A stretch of 64,000 nt of DNA from Camelus dromedarius (taxonomy: Eukaryota). Each line of letters begins with the position of its first letter. Position 1 is the stretch's first letter. The notes beneath the pieces are model-generated. The model saw nothing but the letters and a program-made list of their open reading frames with translations. It was not told the DNA's origin and searched no databases. Location: the NCBI RefSeq assembly GCF_036321535.1, contig NC_087436.1:98334001-98398000 (forward strand). Reading direction: 5' to 3'. This document shows, piece by piece, positions 12,296 through 24,527 of the stretch. A program made the translations under genes and the position numbers.

Positions 12296-13028
12296 TGTAT
12301 TTTTAATTTTTTGTTGTTGTTGAAGTATAGTTGATTTACAATATTGTGTTAGTTTCAGGTGTACAGAAAGGTGATTTGATGTTTTATATACACATATTTT
12401 TCTTTTTTTAGATTCCACATATAAGTGATACCATGTAATATTTGTCTTTGTCTGACTGACCTCCCTTGGTATGATAATCTCTAGGTCCATTCATGTTGCT
12501 GCAGATGGCAATACTTCAGTATTTTTTATGGCTGAGTAATATTCCATTGCATACATATACCACATTTTCTTTATCTGTTCATCTGTTGATGGATACTTAG
12601 ATTGCTTCCATTTCCTGGCTATTGTAAATAGTGCTGCTATGAACATTTGGAGTGCCTGTATCTTTTCCAATTAGAGTTTTCATCTTTTCTGGATATATGC
12701 CCAGGAGTGAGATTGCTGGATCATATGGTAGCTCTTATTTTTAGTTTTTTAAGGAACTTCCATCCTCTTTTCCATAGTGGCTGTCAATTTACATTCCCCC
12801 CAACAGTGTAACAGGGTTCTCTTTCCCCACACCCTCTCCAGCATTTTTTATTTGTGGATTTTTTGATGATGGCCATTCTGATCAGTATGAAGTGATACCT
12901 CACTGGTTTTGATTTGCATTTCTCTAATAATTAGCAACGTTGAGCATCTTTTCATATGCCTATTGGCATCTGGATGTCTTCTTTGAAGAAATGTCTATTT
13001 AGGCTTTCTACCCATTTCTTTGCTTGAG

Positions 13029-13070
<42 letters not shown>

Positions 13071-14155
13071 GATATTGAGTTGTATGAGCTATTTGTATAT
13101 TTTGGAAATTAAGTTCTTGTCAGTTGCATTATTTGCAAATATATTCTGCCAATCTATAGGTTGTCTTTTTGTTTTGTTTATGGTTTCCTTTGCTGTGCAT
13201 AAACTTATAAGCTTGATTAGGTCCCATTTGTTTATTTTGGCTTTTATTTCTATTGCCTTGGAAACTGATTTAAGAAAGTATTGCTACAATTTATGTCAGA
13301 GAATGTTTTGCATATATTCTCTTCTAGGAGTTTTATGGTGTCATATCTTACATTTAAGTCTTTACACTATTTTGAGTTTCTTTTTGTATTTTGTGTGAGG
13401 AAGTGTTCTTCACTGATTTACATGCAGCTGTCCAGCTTTCTTAACACTACTTGGTGAAGAGACTGTCTTTTCTTCATTGTATATTCTTGCCTCTTTTGTC
13501 AAAGATTAATTTACAGTAGATGTATGGGTTTATTTCTGGGCTATCTATTCTGTTCCATTGATCTGTATGTCTGTTTTTGTGCCAATGTCATGCTGTTTTG
13601 ATTACTGTAGCTTTACAGTATTGTCTGACGTCTGGAAGGGTTATGCCTCCAGCTTTGTTCTTTTTCCTTGGGATTGCTTTGGAAATTCTCAGTCTTTTGT
13701 GGTTCCATATAAATTTTAGGATTATTTGTTCTAGTTCTGTGAAAAATGTTCTGGGTAATTTGATAAGTATCTCATCAAATCTAGATTGCTTTGGGTATTG
13801 TGGCCATTTTAACAATATTAATTATTTCAATCCAAGAGCATGAGATAGCTTTCCATTTCCTTGAATTATCTTTAATTTCCTTTATCAATGTTTTGTAGCT
13901 CTCTGTGTATAAGTCTTTCACCTCCTAGGTTAGGTTTATTCCTAGGTATTTTCTTTTTGGTGGATTTTAAATGTGATTTTTTTTTTACTTTATCTTTCTG
14001 ATATTTCATTGTTAGTGTAAAGAAATGCAACACAGTTCTGTGTATTAATCTTGTATCCTGCTGCTTTGCTAAATTCACTTATCAGTTTGAGTAGGTTTTG
14101 TGTAGAGTCCTTAGGGTTTTTTATATAGAATGTCATGTTAACTGCATATAGTGTC
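12296..14155 (-). mobile_element. 5'-truncated L1 (3' part of ORF2 plus 3'UTR), artiodactyl type
   Basis: 3' end ttgaagtatagttgatttacaatattgtgttagtttcaggtgtaca; ORF 13588-13815 encodes [18 protein letters not shown]...AGGITLPD, typical of the L1 ORF2p C-terminal region; frameshifted. Confidence 0.95.
13030..13070. repeat. (TTA)13 microsatellite inside L1
   Basis: Read directly; gives the poly-Leu of ORF 13024-13398. Confidence 0.95.
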
Positions 14156-16439
14156 ATGTCAGTTTAATTTTTACACTAACCAGAAGAACCTAGAAGGGTA
14201 GTGGAAAGTTTTATTTCCTCTCTGACAAAGGTAAATGAACAGCTATATTAAATGAATGATAATTTTATAAGGACATTATTAATGTATAAACTGTAAAAAC
14301 TTTTGCACTTCCCCTAGTCTTAGAGCATTCCAAAACATGCTAAATAGTAAGTACTTTTTAAGTAGTTTCTCTTTAATGTGACATGAAAGATAACAATTGC
14401 AAAAACCTTCAAATGACTTACTTCCTTATGAACTATCCCTTGACTTATTTTCTGAGAGACCTAGAAAGAGCATTACATCCTGTTCAAATGCTGTGATAAT
14501 TTGCTTATCAGGTTATTTGACAATAAATTCTTGAGAGTGGTTAGGATGTGTTAAGCACACTGATCATGGTTAATGCCAGAAAAATGTGTTCTATAGCCCC
14601 TGGCAAATGACTCAAAATTTAGATTTTCTAACTTTTAATATGGAATTTCATTTATATCACTTTAATACTGTGAATGTTAATCTCATTAATTTAAAAATTC
14701 CATATGATAGCACTTAAAATATTCCTTATATACTTTAACATCAATTTGCCTAATTATTACAAAAATTTTGAAATTTGGACTAGCAATAAATTTCTGCCAA
14801 AACTTATAGAAGATGTGGGTTTCTTAATGAAAAATTGAATGCAATGAATGAAATGAAAAATTTATTATTACTTTAATTGTATAATCTCAAGTTTGTGATG
14901 TGCATTCCTGTTGTTTAAAATATAGGGGAACTCTTTAATAAAAACTGTAAAAACTTAAAATATCTTCACTCCAGAGCAATAAAAGATAAAATGGAAAAAA
15001 TTATAAGAGGGAAAACGTAACTATATATGTGATTTTTTTAAAGTATATATTGTAGTATAATGTATTACATAACATATATAACATGTTTTATATAAATTTT
15101 ACCAATATGTGTAAATCATGAAATTTTATAGCTAACTTGTATTCACTTAACTATTAACAAAAGAGTTAAAGGGCCAAAGGGTTTTAGTTAAATTTGTTTC
15201 TTATATGATGTGGGACAATACCTGGCTTGAGGGAAACTAAAATGAAAAAAGCATAAACCCTATTCTCTAGGAATCATAGACAGTGGAAGTGAGAACTATA
15301 GTTAATCTTTATATCATGTTTTTGGCTTTTGTTAAGGACTTAAGTAAGAAAAGACCAAATAAAACCTATTATTATTTTCTCAAAATCTCTTCTGAGAATT
15401 ATACCTATGTTTTAGTTCTATATGCAGTATGAAAACTTGTTTGAAACTACCATCAAAAAAATTGTTCTTTTTATAAGTATATGATTTTTTTCCTTTCATT
15501 CTCTAATTAGACCCATATCCTGTTTCCGTTTATTCTGTGACTTCCAGGGATTTAACAAGTAATTATAATATTCAGTCTGTAAATGAATCAACCTATTTCT
15601 CCATATGAGTATATCATCATATTTCTTTAACTCCCCTAGCCCAGTATTTTAGTTTGTTGGATTTTTTTTTTTTTTGCCTGAAATACTTTCATGAAATTAA
15701 ATAAAGATATGTTACATATGATAGCTCAGTCGTTCACACAAGCATCTACTTCAGCTTCATAAATGGAAAAATCTGTCTAGAATCAAAAGAAACAAAAATT
15801 AGAGATTATCAGAGAGCAGAGAAACAGCAGTCATATATCCATATTTATTGAGCACTTACAATGTGGCAGCTACACAGTGAAATATGCCATTACTTCTCAT
15901 CTCTAGGAGTTACTGGCCAATTAAGAGAGAAAGAAAAATGATGTAAAAATGATTTGTTGGCACAGGGTATCTAGTTAAGTATAGGCCCCAAAATCCTCCC
16001 CCAAGGAGTTGCTATTTCAGCTGCATTATGAATGTCAGGAAGAAGTAGCTTGATGAGGATGATCAGAAATTAAGATTGGGATTTCCATAGTAAAGAAACA
16101 TGGGAAAGAAATGGTAAACTAGAAGTACTTCAGAATGTTTGGATCATGAATAATGTTTGAAGGAAGGGCAGTATCTGAAGAGATAACAATGCTTAAATAA
16201 TGAATTATCTGCCTGCATAGAACGTAAAGCTTAGTGTTACACTGGAAAGAAGCAAAGATGACATTCAAGAATAAAAAGCCATATCCCGCATGGCGTGCTT
16301 GATACCCACTCATTGACATGAGTTCTTTTCACCAGAAGTTTCTTGTTCAAAGAGCTTTTCATTAATTCACTTGATGTTCACACGGCAATAATAAGCGTTG
16401 CTGAGAATCAAAGCCAGGATGTCTGAACCTCTTATACTT

Positions 16440-16779
16440 TATGATATTAGTGCTATATTAAAAACAACTTTAATATCTCAGTCACTTCCAACAACAAACC
16501 TTTATTTCTGGCTCTGTAGGTCAGTTGCAGTGTTTCCCACAGGTCATCTTGGCACACAGGATGTTTCGTGGTGGATGACAGGGCTGGGGGTGTCCAAGGC
16601 AACTCCTCCAGCACATGTAAGTCATCTGCTAGAGCACGAGGTTTATCACTTCTATCACATGCTTTTAGCTAAAGCAAGCAATGTGTCCATTATTAACAGG
16701 GAAGGAGATCATACTTTTTCCGCAGAGCAAGACAATAGCAGTGTAAATATTTGCTGAAAAAATAACAGAATGGATCACA
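16440..16779 (-). mobile_element. old MaLR LTR remnant (MLT1H/I-like)
   Basis: atctcagtcacttccaacaacaaacctttatttct, cacttctatcacatg...gctaaagcaagca, end aatatttgctgaaaaaataacagaatggatcaca. Confidence 0.55.
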
Positions 16780-16899
16780 CTGACTTTCAACTACTTAAAA
16801 AACTACCAATTTCAAGAAAAAGATGCGGTGCAGCAAGAAGATAATATATTGTGTGCAAGATGTTCACATGCAATATTAAAGTAAAAAAACAGTTCAATA

Positions 16900-17312
16900 G
16901 TATGTTTGGAAAATGATGCATCAACCAAAATTCCCAGGGGCTGGAATGAATACCTGGATTCCAATTCCTATTATCTCCTGGAAGAAGAAGCTCAAATATA
17001 AAACACGAAGAGAAAATTATTAAATTAAAATGGAGGTAGGGGTGTTCAGAAACCAGTGCACGATAATTACGGGGGAAGAGAGAGCCAAGAGGAGATGGAA
17101 GTGAACATGGGCAGAGAGAAGGAAGCCAGCATGTGGATAAGCCAGAAAGACATCTCTCTGAAATTCGGCCATCTTGATCTGCTTTGAAACTGGTGATGAA
17201 CTTCATTTGGAGGCAAGCCCTCTCTAGTGAGTAAACCACGTAAAAGCAGAGCCTGCTCAGAGTCTTTTGAATCTTTAGTGGACGCTGCTGGATGATTGTG
17301 GAATCACAGGGG
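16900..17312. mobile_element. possible ancient LTR remnant (family unknown)
   Basis: Purine-rich, GC-richer block with agtaaacc followed by a U5-like tract; weak. Confidence 0.3.
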
Positions 17313-17859
17313 ACTATGTATATTGGTCAGTTTTAAGGTAATAATGGCAAATCTGTGCCTTGTGTTGTCTCACTGTCCATCTCCAGTTTGCTAATTCAGA
17401 TACACTCATGTTCTGCTGAAGGTTTAAGTCTTAAAGTCTTCTGTATAACCATTTAAATTTTCTAGACTTATTTTATAAATGAATAATATTCATAACCAAA
17501 TAAATCTGTATGCCTTTGATAGTAGTAACATTTGTAAATAATCGGTATTATTTTCTAACTTACTTCCTAAGAAATACAGAAAGAATATTTGTCACTGGTT
17601 AAAGCAGAAGTTCTAAATAAAGTATTACAACACACCGGTGCATACTGATTGGTGGAACAGGGCAGAACTGTAACTATCAGGCCAACAATTGTATAGACAA
17701 AATTATCTTACCCATCCTGAAAGTTTTTGAACTCTGTGGCTCTAACCTTGGGAGTGTATCTTCTGAATTACTACTTAAGAGACATATGAAGAGTCCTTAT
17801 TTGAAATCTTGTTCTATGATTTACTAGGTATGTGTCCTTCAGTAAGGAATTTTTAGTCC

Positions 17860-18198
17860 TGTAAGTCAGGGTTCTCCAGAGAAATGGAACAGGATGTGAT
17901 ATGTATTTAGCTATATCCCTATCTGTATGTGTATCTATATATCATCTTTCTTTATCTTGAGAGAGAGGGGGGGAGGGAGAGAGAGAGAGAGAGATTCTAA
18001 GGAATTGGCTCACAGGATTATGGAGGCTTGGTAAATCCTGAATCTGCAGGATAGGCTGTCAGGTTGTAGACTCAGGGAAGAATTGCAGTCAGAGTCTAAT
18101 GGCAGTCTGCCAGCCTTCAACTGACTGGATGAGGCCCCTGCACATTATGGAGGGTAATCTACTTTAGTCAAAGTCCACTAATTTAAATGTACATCTCA

Positions 18199-18252
<54 letters not shown>

Positions 18253-18340
18253 ACCTTTGTAGAAACATCCAGAATAATATTTGACCAAATACCTGGGCAA
18301 AGTGGCCTAGCCACGTTGACATATAAAAGTAACCATCACA
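17860..18340 (-). mobile_element. MLT2B-like ERVL solo LTR
   Basis: agtcagggttctccagagaaa, taaggaattggctcacaggattatggaggct, end ggcctagccacgttgacatataaaagtaaccatcaca. Confidence 0.9.
18202..18252. repeat. (CAA)17 microsatellite inside MLT2
   Basis: Read directly; gives the poly-Gln and poly-Val ORFs. Confidence 0.95.
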
Positions 18341-18754
18341 GCCTGTTTCTCTATGTGATTGCCAAAATGTCAGTATTTGCTTCATAAGACTATTTGGAAA
18401 ATTAATTGTGACAATTTATGGCAATTTAAGCTTAGCAAAATGCTTAGCAGATAGTAAGTATTTGAATATAATATTGATGATGAAGATAAACGTTAATTCT
18501 CCCAGAGCAGATTCTTTTGAAAGCAGTTGATCTACAAAGGTGACAAAAGTATTTTAAAATGTATTTTCTCCCAACATGTCCCACTGCATATCTTTATGCC
18601 AGCCCTTACCTCTATAGATTATAAAGTACATCTAAAGTTTTCCCAGAATTTTCTCTAGTAACTTCCTGTGGTGCTATACAGCCTTATGAACTTCTATAAA
18701 ACTAGATTTATATTTATATATTTATAATATTTTATTTCTTAAACAAGGTGCTTT

Positions 18755-18818
18755 TTTTTAACCTTTTTTATTGATTTATAATCATTTTACAATGTTGTGT
18801 CAAATTCCAGTGTAGAGC
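18755..18818 (-). mobile_element. extremely truncated young L1 3' end with 12-bp TSD
   Basis: ttttttattgatttataatcattttacaatgttgtgtcaaattccagtgtagagc nearly matches the L1 end starting at 39344; flanked by acaaggtgcttt at 18743-18754 and 18819-18830. Confidence 0.92.
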
Positions 18819-19689
18819 ACAAGGTGCTTTATCAATAGATGTTCTTAATATATTTTATATCCTTTTATATAGCCAATGTATCTCATAATAATAATAGAAA
18901 TAATTATTTTAATAATAATAACATAAGGGACAAGTCTACAATTTGACACTAAATGTCAAACATTATGCAGTATTATAAGAAAAATAATAAACTAAATATA
19001 TTACAAAGAAAGATATAAAACTTTCAATATTGTATATTATTCTGTAGAGTCAAACCAACCCCTAACCAAAATAGAAGACAAAGAGAACTCAACAAGGTGT
19101 TAGTATATTAGACTATTTTAGGATTCTAACCTTTGTTGAGAGGAACCGATGTTGTAGGCAGAAGGATAATCTGAATGATTATATTCCTAAAGTTAACAGA
19201 CATAGGAGAAAGCTAGTTTTGAAGTTTGGAAAATTGATTGCAGAAAAAAGATAAGCATAGAGGGATAAACTGAAACCAGAACTGAAGACTAAGACCTTGA
19301 AAGGAAAATCCATGCAGAGCCTTTTCTGAACACGGTTATTGATTTAATATGTAAAAGTTAATGCCTTGTACAAATTTTACTTGTCTAGTGATGCCTGTGA
19401 GTATTCCATAGCAATACTCCAAATTCAGTTATGCAGAACACAGGTTTACCAAATATACTTTCAAAACTATTTAATGAACAAAATATGTTTGAGAACACTA
19501 GCATTATAGCCTATGTCTTGAAAAGTCCAAAATTATATTAGCATATTAATAATTCTAAGAAAACTTGCCTAGAGAAAATTAACTTTGATTAATCATTACT
19601 TACCAAACTTCTACTGCTGAACTTTTCCCCCTCAAGTAACATCTATGAGCATTCCTAAAAATTAGACTATTTTGAAAAACTTTGAGAGG

Positions 19690-19935
19690 AATAGTGCATG
19701 TGGTAGATAAGAATATATGCTTCAGAGTCAGATAAAAAAAAAAACAGGATTCTAATCACAACCATGTCAATTTCCACTTTTATGACTTTGGATAAATCTT
19801 TTAATATTTCTAAGTCAAAAATGTCCCATTATCAAATAAGGATAAAGACAAATGCCTTCTAGTGTTTACAAAGGACTAAATAATGCAATGCTATTTAACA
19901 ACACTCTAGGAGACCCTACGCATTATACGTATTGA
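19690..19935 (+). mobile_element. MIR SINE
   Basis: gcatgtggtagataagaatatatgcttcagagtcaga and tatgactttggataaatcttttaa. Confidence 0.65.
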
Positions 19936-20329
19936 TGATGATGATGATTCACATTAGTATTCTTAAAGAAAACACGGTTTTGCTTCATAATATGTTTTGG
20001 GTAATTTTCATCATTTAGTGTCATGGAACTTTTTAAAACAATTCATATTTAACAATAATATATCTTTAATTTTATTATTATTAGAATTCATTTTAGCACT
20101 ACAATCATCATTATCATCATCATTACTGGTTAATTTAGATTCCCTTTTATTTTTTTTTTTAGGAAACAATGAAATTTTTGCAAATATTTAAGTGTAGTAG
20201 TAACCTACTGATAAACTTTTTTTCTGGTAATATTTTGAATTTTTTCTTTGTATGTATAAATAATATCTCATTTTCATGTCTAATTTATAATTTGGCCCAC
20301 TTGTCCTTTTCATTTTATTTAACTGTTTT

Positions 20330-20790
20330 GATTCTTTAGTTTCAGAGGCAAGAAACTTAACGTAACAGTGGCTAAAGGAAAAGAACGATGAGTTTCTCTC
20401 TCATAGACGACACTGGGCCACGAGCGCTTCGAGGTTGTAACAGCGACCGCACCATCACAGGAGACTGATTTTGTGATGTATGTAATCACACTTTCATTCT
20501 CTGCCTTTTGGGCAAGAATAACCTCTTAAGCCTTAGACACAACATCCACTTTATAAACAGCAGGAGGGTTTTTCATCTGCCTGTTAAAGGTGTTTAATGG
20601 AAGTTGCACACAGGTTACCTCATCCTGTTGTCCAGAACCTAGTCACATACCCAAAAATCTGTTACAGAAGCCAGGAAGTGCAAACCCTATTGCAAGTGGC
20701 ACTGTCATATACCCAGCTAAAAATAATTATTTTATTATTAAAAAGAAGGGAGAAAGACAATACTGGCAACAGCTAGCAGTGTTGGCCAAA
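20330..20790 (-). mobile_element. MLT1J-like MaLR LTR
   Basis: ggaagttgcacac...ccagaacctagtcacat...cccagctaaaaat...aagaagggagaa...ggcaacagctagcagt. Confidence 0.65.
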
Positions 20791-21289
20791 GCTAGCTGTA
20801 AGGTTTAGTCATTAATTCCTTTATTTGCTACACTAAAGCTGATTAAGTTCTTAATTCATTATTGTTCTATTTATCCATTTTCCTTGAGAGATGTTGTATC
20901 TTCTAAATATTCATGTTGGCTTTTAAAAATTATTTCTTTTTAAAATATTTATAACAAATAATTCAGGGCTATGCAGTACTCTAGGGTAGAGCTAGTTTTT
21001 AAGTCTATACCATTTTTATTTTATTTTTATTTAAAATAATTAAGTCACTTTGATTTTTCCATAAATCCAAATTTACTTTGGGCAGTGGGCTAGTTCTAGT
21101 TAGTGGGTTAGTAAACATATTTTTAGTTGTTGGGAGCAACACAAAGTAAGGAAAGGAGCATGGACTTGGTGTAAGCTGCCCACAGCATTTCCCATATACC
21201 CCTATTGCTCAGTACACAATTTAGTCATTGAATACTTGAAACGTATTTATGATATGTTACTAAAAAAAAATGAGGTTCTGATCAGTTTT

Positions 21290-21710
21290 ATCTGAAAGTA
21301 ATTTCTTAGGATGTGTTTACACTAACAGAAAATCTGGTAGAGAATAGGACAGGAATAGAAGTAGAAAAGATACAGGACAATATAAGCAGTGTCCCTCAGA
21401 GGGTAATTTAGCCCCAGTCCCGGAGGGAGAGCTTGGGAGATGACACCCAGAGTTGAGGAGAGCATTTAAACCACCTCCACAGTGCAGACATTAAGGCCTG
21501 TAGGGTGGGCGTGGGAGTGTGGTCATAAATCCCCAGGAAATTCTGGTTCTCTGTGAATGGCTAATGGTGTTCTGGCAGCCTCAGGCGGAACTCCAACAAA
21601 GAAGCAGGCTGGCTACTGGGCATGAAAGCACGGGCACCAATGTGCACCAGTGTGCGCTAAAACGGTACAGGAAATGGAGATACAGCCAGAGCACTGACAC
21701 TGGATACTAT
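21290..21710 (-). mobile_element. LTR16-like ERVL LTR
   Basis: GC-richer block with cagagggtaatttagcc, ggtcataaatccccagg and terminal gagcactgacactggatacta. Confidence 0.55.
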
Positions 21711-22080
21711 CTGCTTTTAGGTGATTTCTAAAAATGGTCACAATGGCTATTTCAGGATGACATTAATAATTTTTATTAATCCAAATTTAATTTTATTTCC
21801 AAATCTCAAGAATAAGTATGAATTGCTTTTTTTTTTCTAAGTAAGAATTATTTCCTAAGAAAAATATAATAGTGTATTCTAGATGCTCTCTATCCCTGAC
21901 TCATCATGAGCCTACTTTACCATTAAATTTGGGCTTTGAATTATCGTTAAGTGATCCAATTTAATGTCTGCCACTTAACATTATACTCACAGGAACAGAA
22001 TAAAACACAAAGTGGTCTTTATAGCGTTTCTCTTTTAACACGATGTAAAGGTGTTTCTTCCACAGTGATTTGCTAAAGCT

Positions 22081-22126
22081 GAATCTCTAGAAACATCTAT
22101 TCAAGAATCTCTAGAAACATTTGTTC
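22081..22126. repeat. 24-bp tandem duplication (gaatctctagaaacat...)
   Basis: gaatctctagaaacatctattcaa followed by gaatctctagaaacatttgttc. Confidence 0.85.
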
Positions 22127-24527
22127 TTTAAAATTCTCAATAGTCAGCATATCCTCTGAAGGGGTATTGTTTGGATTCTATGCTAAGCACTAGACGAAAA
22201 CTGGTGCTAACATTAGACACATACATATAGCAAAAGTACCCACCATCCAACTGCATAAGAAAATACGTACGTGGTACTTGACGATCTGTATGTGTGTCAT
22301 ATTTGTGGATACAGATGTATTTTTCATTAGTTGTAAACAACAATGAAAATACTGTCTCTTAAAAAGCCCTACTATTCCATCCTTTGTTCTATTATAGTGC
22401 AACACAAATGTGTAAGTGAGAGAAAAAGTGGATAATAATAGTTGCCAGCCATATGTCTCACAAGTACTCAGTGAGAATTAAAATGGTTAAATCAGCAAAC
22501 TTTTCTCAAATAACATTCACACATTTTATAGTTGGATCTTTAACCATTAAAAAAAAGTCTTTGATGCAAACAGAAAAATCCTTCCCTTTGAAATACTACC
22601 AAATTAAAGCTTTTCATTTATTTAAAGTCATCTAGAAATTTCTTCGTTTTTAAAGGGTGAAATGCACCAGTTAATTATTTAAATTCAGTTTATCTTCTTC
22701 TAAGTCAAAATGGAGGTACGAGTAAACTAGATTTTACCTAACTAAATATTCTTTGACAATCAATAGATGAATTTTGTGAGTTCAAAAATATGATCAGGCC
22801 TATATGAGAAGAATGTGACAAAATATAGAAAATGTTTATCTTGCGTTCATGTGAGAAAACTCACATTGTCAAAGTGAAGAACAGATGGAGTGGTAAAGAG
22901 CCTGAGTAAGGAAATGTTAGTAATAAATTGATATTTTATTATATATAAAAATTATATATAAAAGTTTAGTTTGTCTACATAAAAATGGCATTTCACAGGC
23001 AGATATTAGAAATATCATGTGAGAAATATTTATGATTTGTTAACCGAATTTGAAGTTACTTGGGATAATATTGAGACTTGGAAGGATGAGCTGCAGACAC
23101 ATGGGAATTTATATTAGGGCATATAAGAATATTTAGAATGACTAAATGTTTGTTTTATTGGTAGCTATGCTTTGCTCTGAGTCCTTCATTAACTTTATCT
23201 TTAGGTGACCAGATAGTTGATTTTCCTATATCAAGTTTTTTTTCCTGAATTTCTAGTGATTTTCTAGTGACAATAATTTTCAAAAGGCAATTTTATGTGT
23301 TGTATGTGAGTGTTGAAGTATAAAAATGACTTATGCATTGTCCCAGAAGGAACCTGTATCTTTAAAAAATCATGTTTAATTAACTTCCCTTTGAGAATTA
23401 TGAACTATAAAGTAGAAGAACAATAGGTAATAGTAAAACTCCTGAAAATTGGCCTCCATCAGCAAGTTACCTGTAAATTTTTGAAATTGAATCAACTTAT
23501 TCATATGAATCAAATGATATAATCCTCCCTGGCGTGTACCCTTGTTAACTGATACGGATCCATGATCATGTCCCTGGATACACAGAGGAACCAGGGATTT
23601 TAAAAATAGAAATTGCTATTAGAACACTTTGGTGTTAATGAGTTTATGATGAGTCTGCTTTACCTTTGTTTCTTTTCTGTATAGTTTCTTCTCACAATTA
23701 TATTAGTAATCTCTAATTTATAACAGTGCTTCTATATTTGCTACAAAGTTATTAATTGGAAAATAAAGTTTATAAGGACAAAAGGTGAAACTGGAAGATG
23801 CTAAAATTATGTAGAATCTCATAATAGCCTGTGAAACTAAGCATAAATGATTATAGAACAAGTGGTCTTGGCATGTGTTAAAAATTTCTTCTTGATCCTT
23901 TTCTTTTCAATTATCTGATTAAATAACAAATAGTACATATTATATTGGTTAGTCTTATACTAAAATTATATTAATGAATTTTCTGTGAAAACAGTTGAGG
24001 CATTATGTTCTGATGTATTATTTTCTTTAGTCTCTTTAGATTCAAATGATTATACATTTAAACACATTGGTCATTTATATATCAAAAATTTAGAATATTT
24101 TTGTTAATTTTTAATTATGCTTAGCACAGGCAGACACATATGCACAAATATGTTTTTAAATCTGGAAATTATGAAATAGCAAAGAGATAAAATCTGTTAA
24201 ATATTCCACAAAAATATAAAAATGACTCTTCTGAATCTGTGGTAAAACAAAGGGTAATTGGGCTTTAATAATGAAGAGTCTGGAGCATTTCCTAATATTT
24301 TGCACAAATCAAAGGGGCCTAGAAAACTTTTTAATGCTATGAAAAAAGTTGCTACAAATACAACAAATAGTTTATATTTCTAGATTGAAAACAGCTTGAA
24401 TATTTTAACCAAAATGAGTTACTTATTCATATCATGTAAATGTTTGATGGAAATTGTGCTCAAAACTGCATTGTTAAAAATGGAAAGTGTTAAATGTTTA
24501 TATTTCTTATCATTTTTTAAAAAATGC

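Larger units (their letters stand above)
11806..14227 (+). mobile_element. MER34-like ERV1 solo LTR split by an L1 (11806 to about 12250, and about 14156-14227)
   Basis: Start ggggttcagagcaggtctccccaag...gctttggcatatggagtattttgagctgaaggcaat; resumes atgtcagtttaattt...agaacctagaagggtag...tttcctctctgaca; flanks gagg/aagg. Confidence 0.8.
17775..18485 (+). mobile_element. MIR split by the MLT2 LTR (about 17775-17859 and 18341-18485)
   Basis: ttactaggtatgtgtccttcagtaag before the LTR; cttagcaaaatgcttagcagatagtaagtatttgaatat after it. Confidence 0.6.

Noticed and set aside
13024..13398. 124-aa ORF with a signal-peptide-like poly-Leu
   Set aside because: Antisense of L1 ORF2 plus a (TTA)n repeat.
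16787..17239. longest ORF in the window (150 aa)
   Set aside because: GTG start, non-coding-like composition, overlaps a possible LTR remnant.
18164..18387. poly-Gln and poly-Val ORFs
   Set aside because: Translation of a (CAA)17 repeat inside an MLT2 LTR.
21950..22405. possible ancient LTR (minus strand begins tgttgcactata)
   Set aside because: No family recognised and no second terminus or TSD found.
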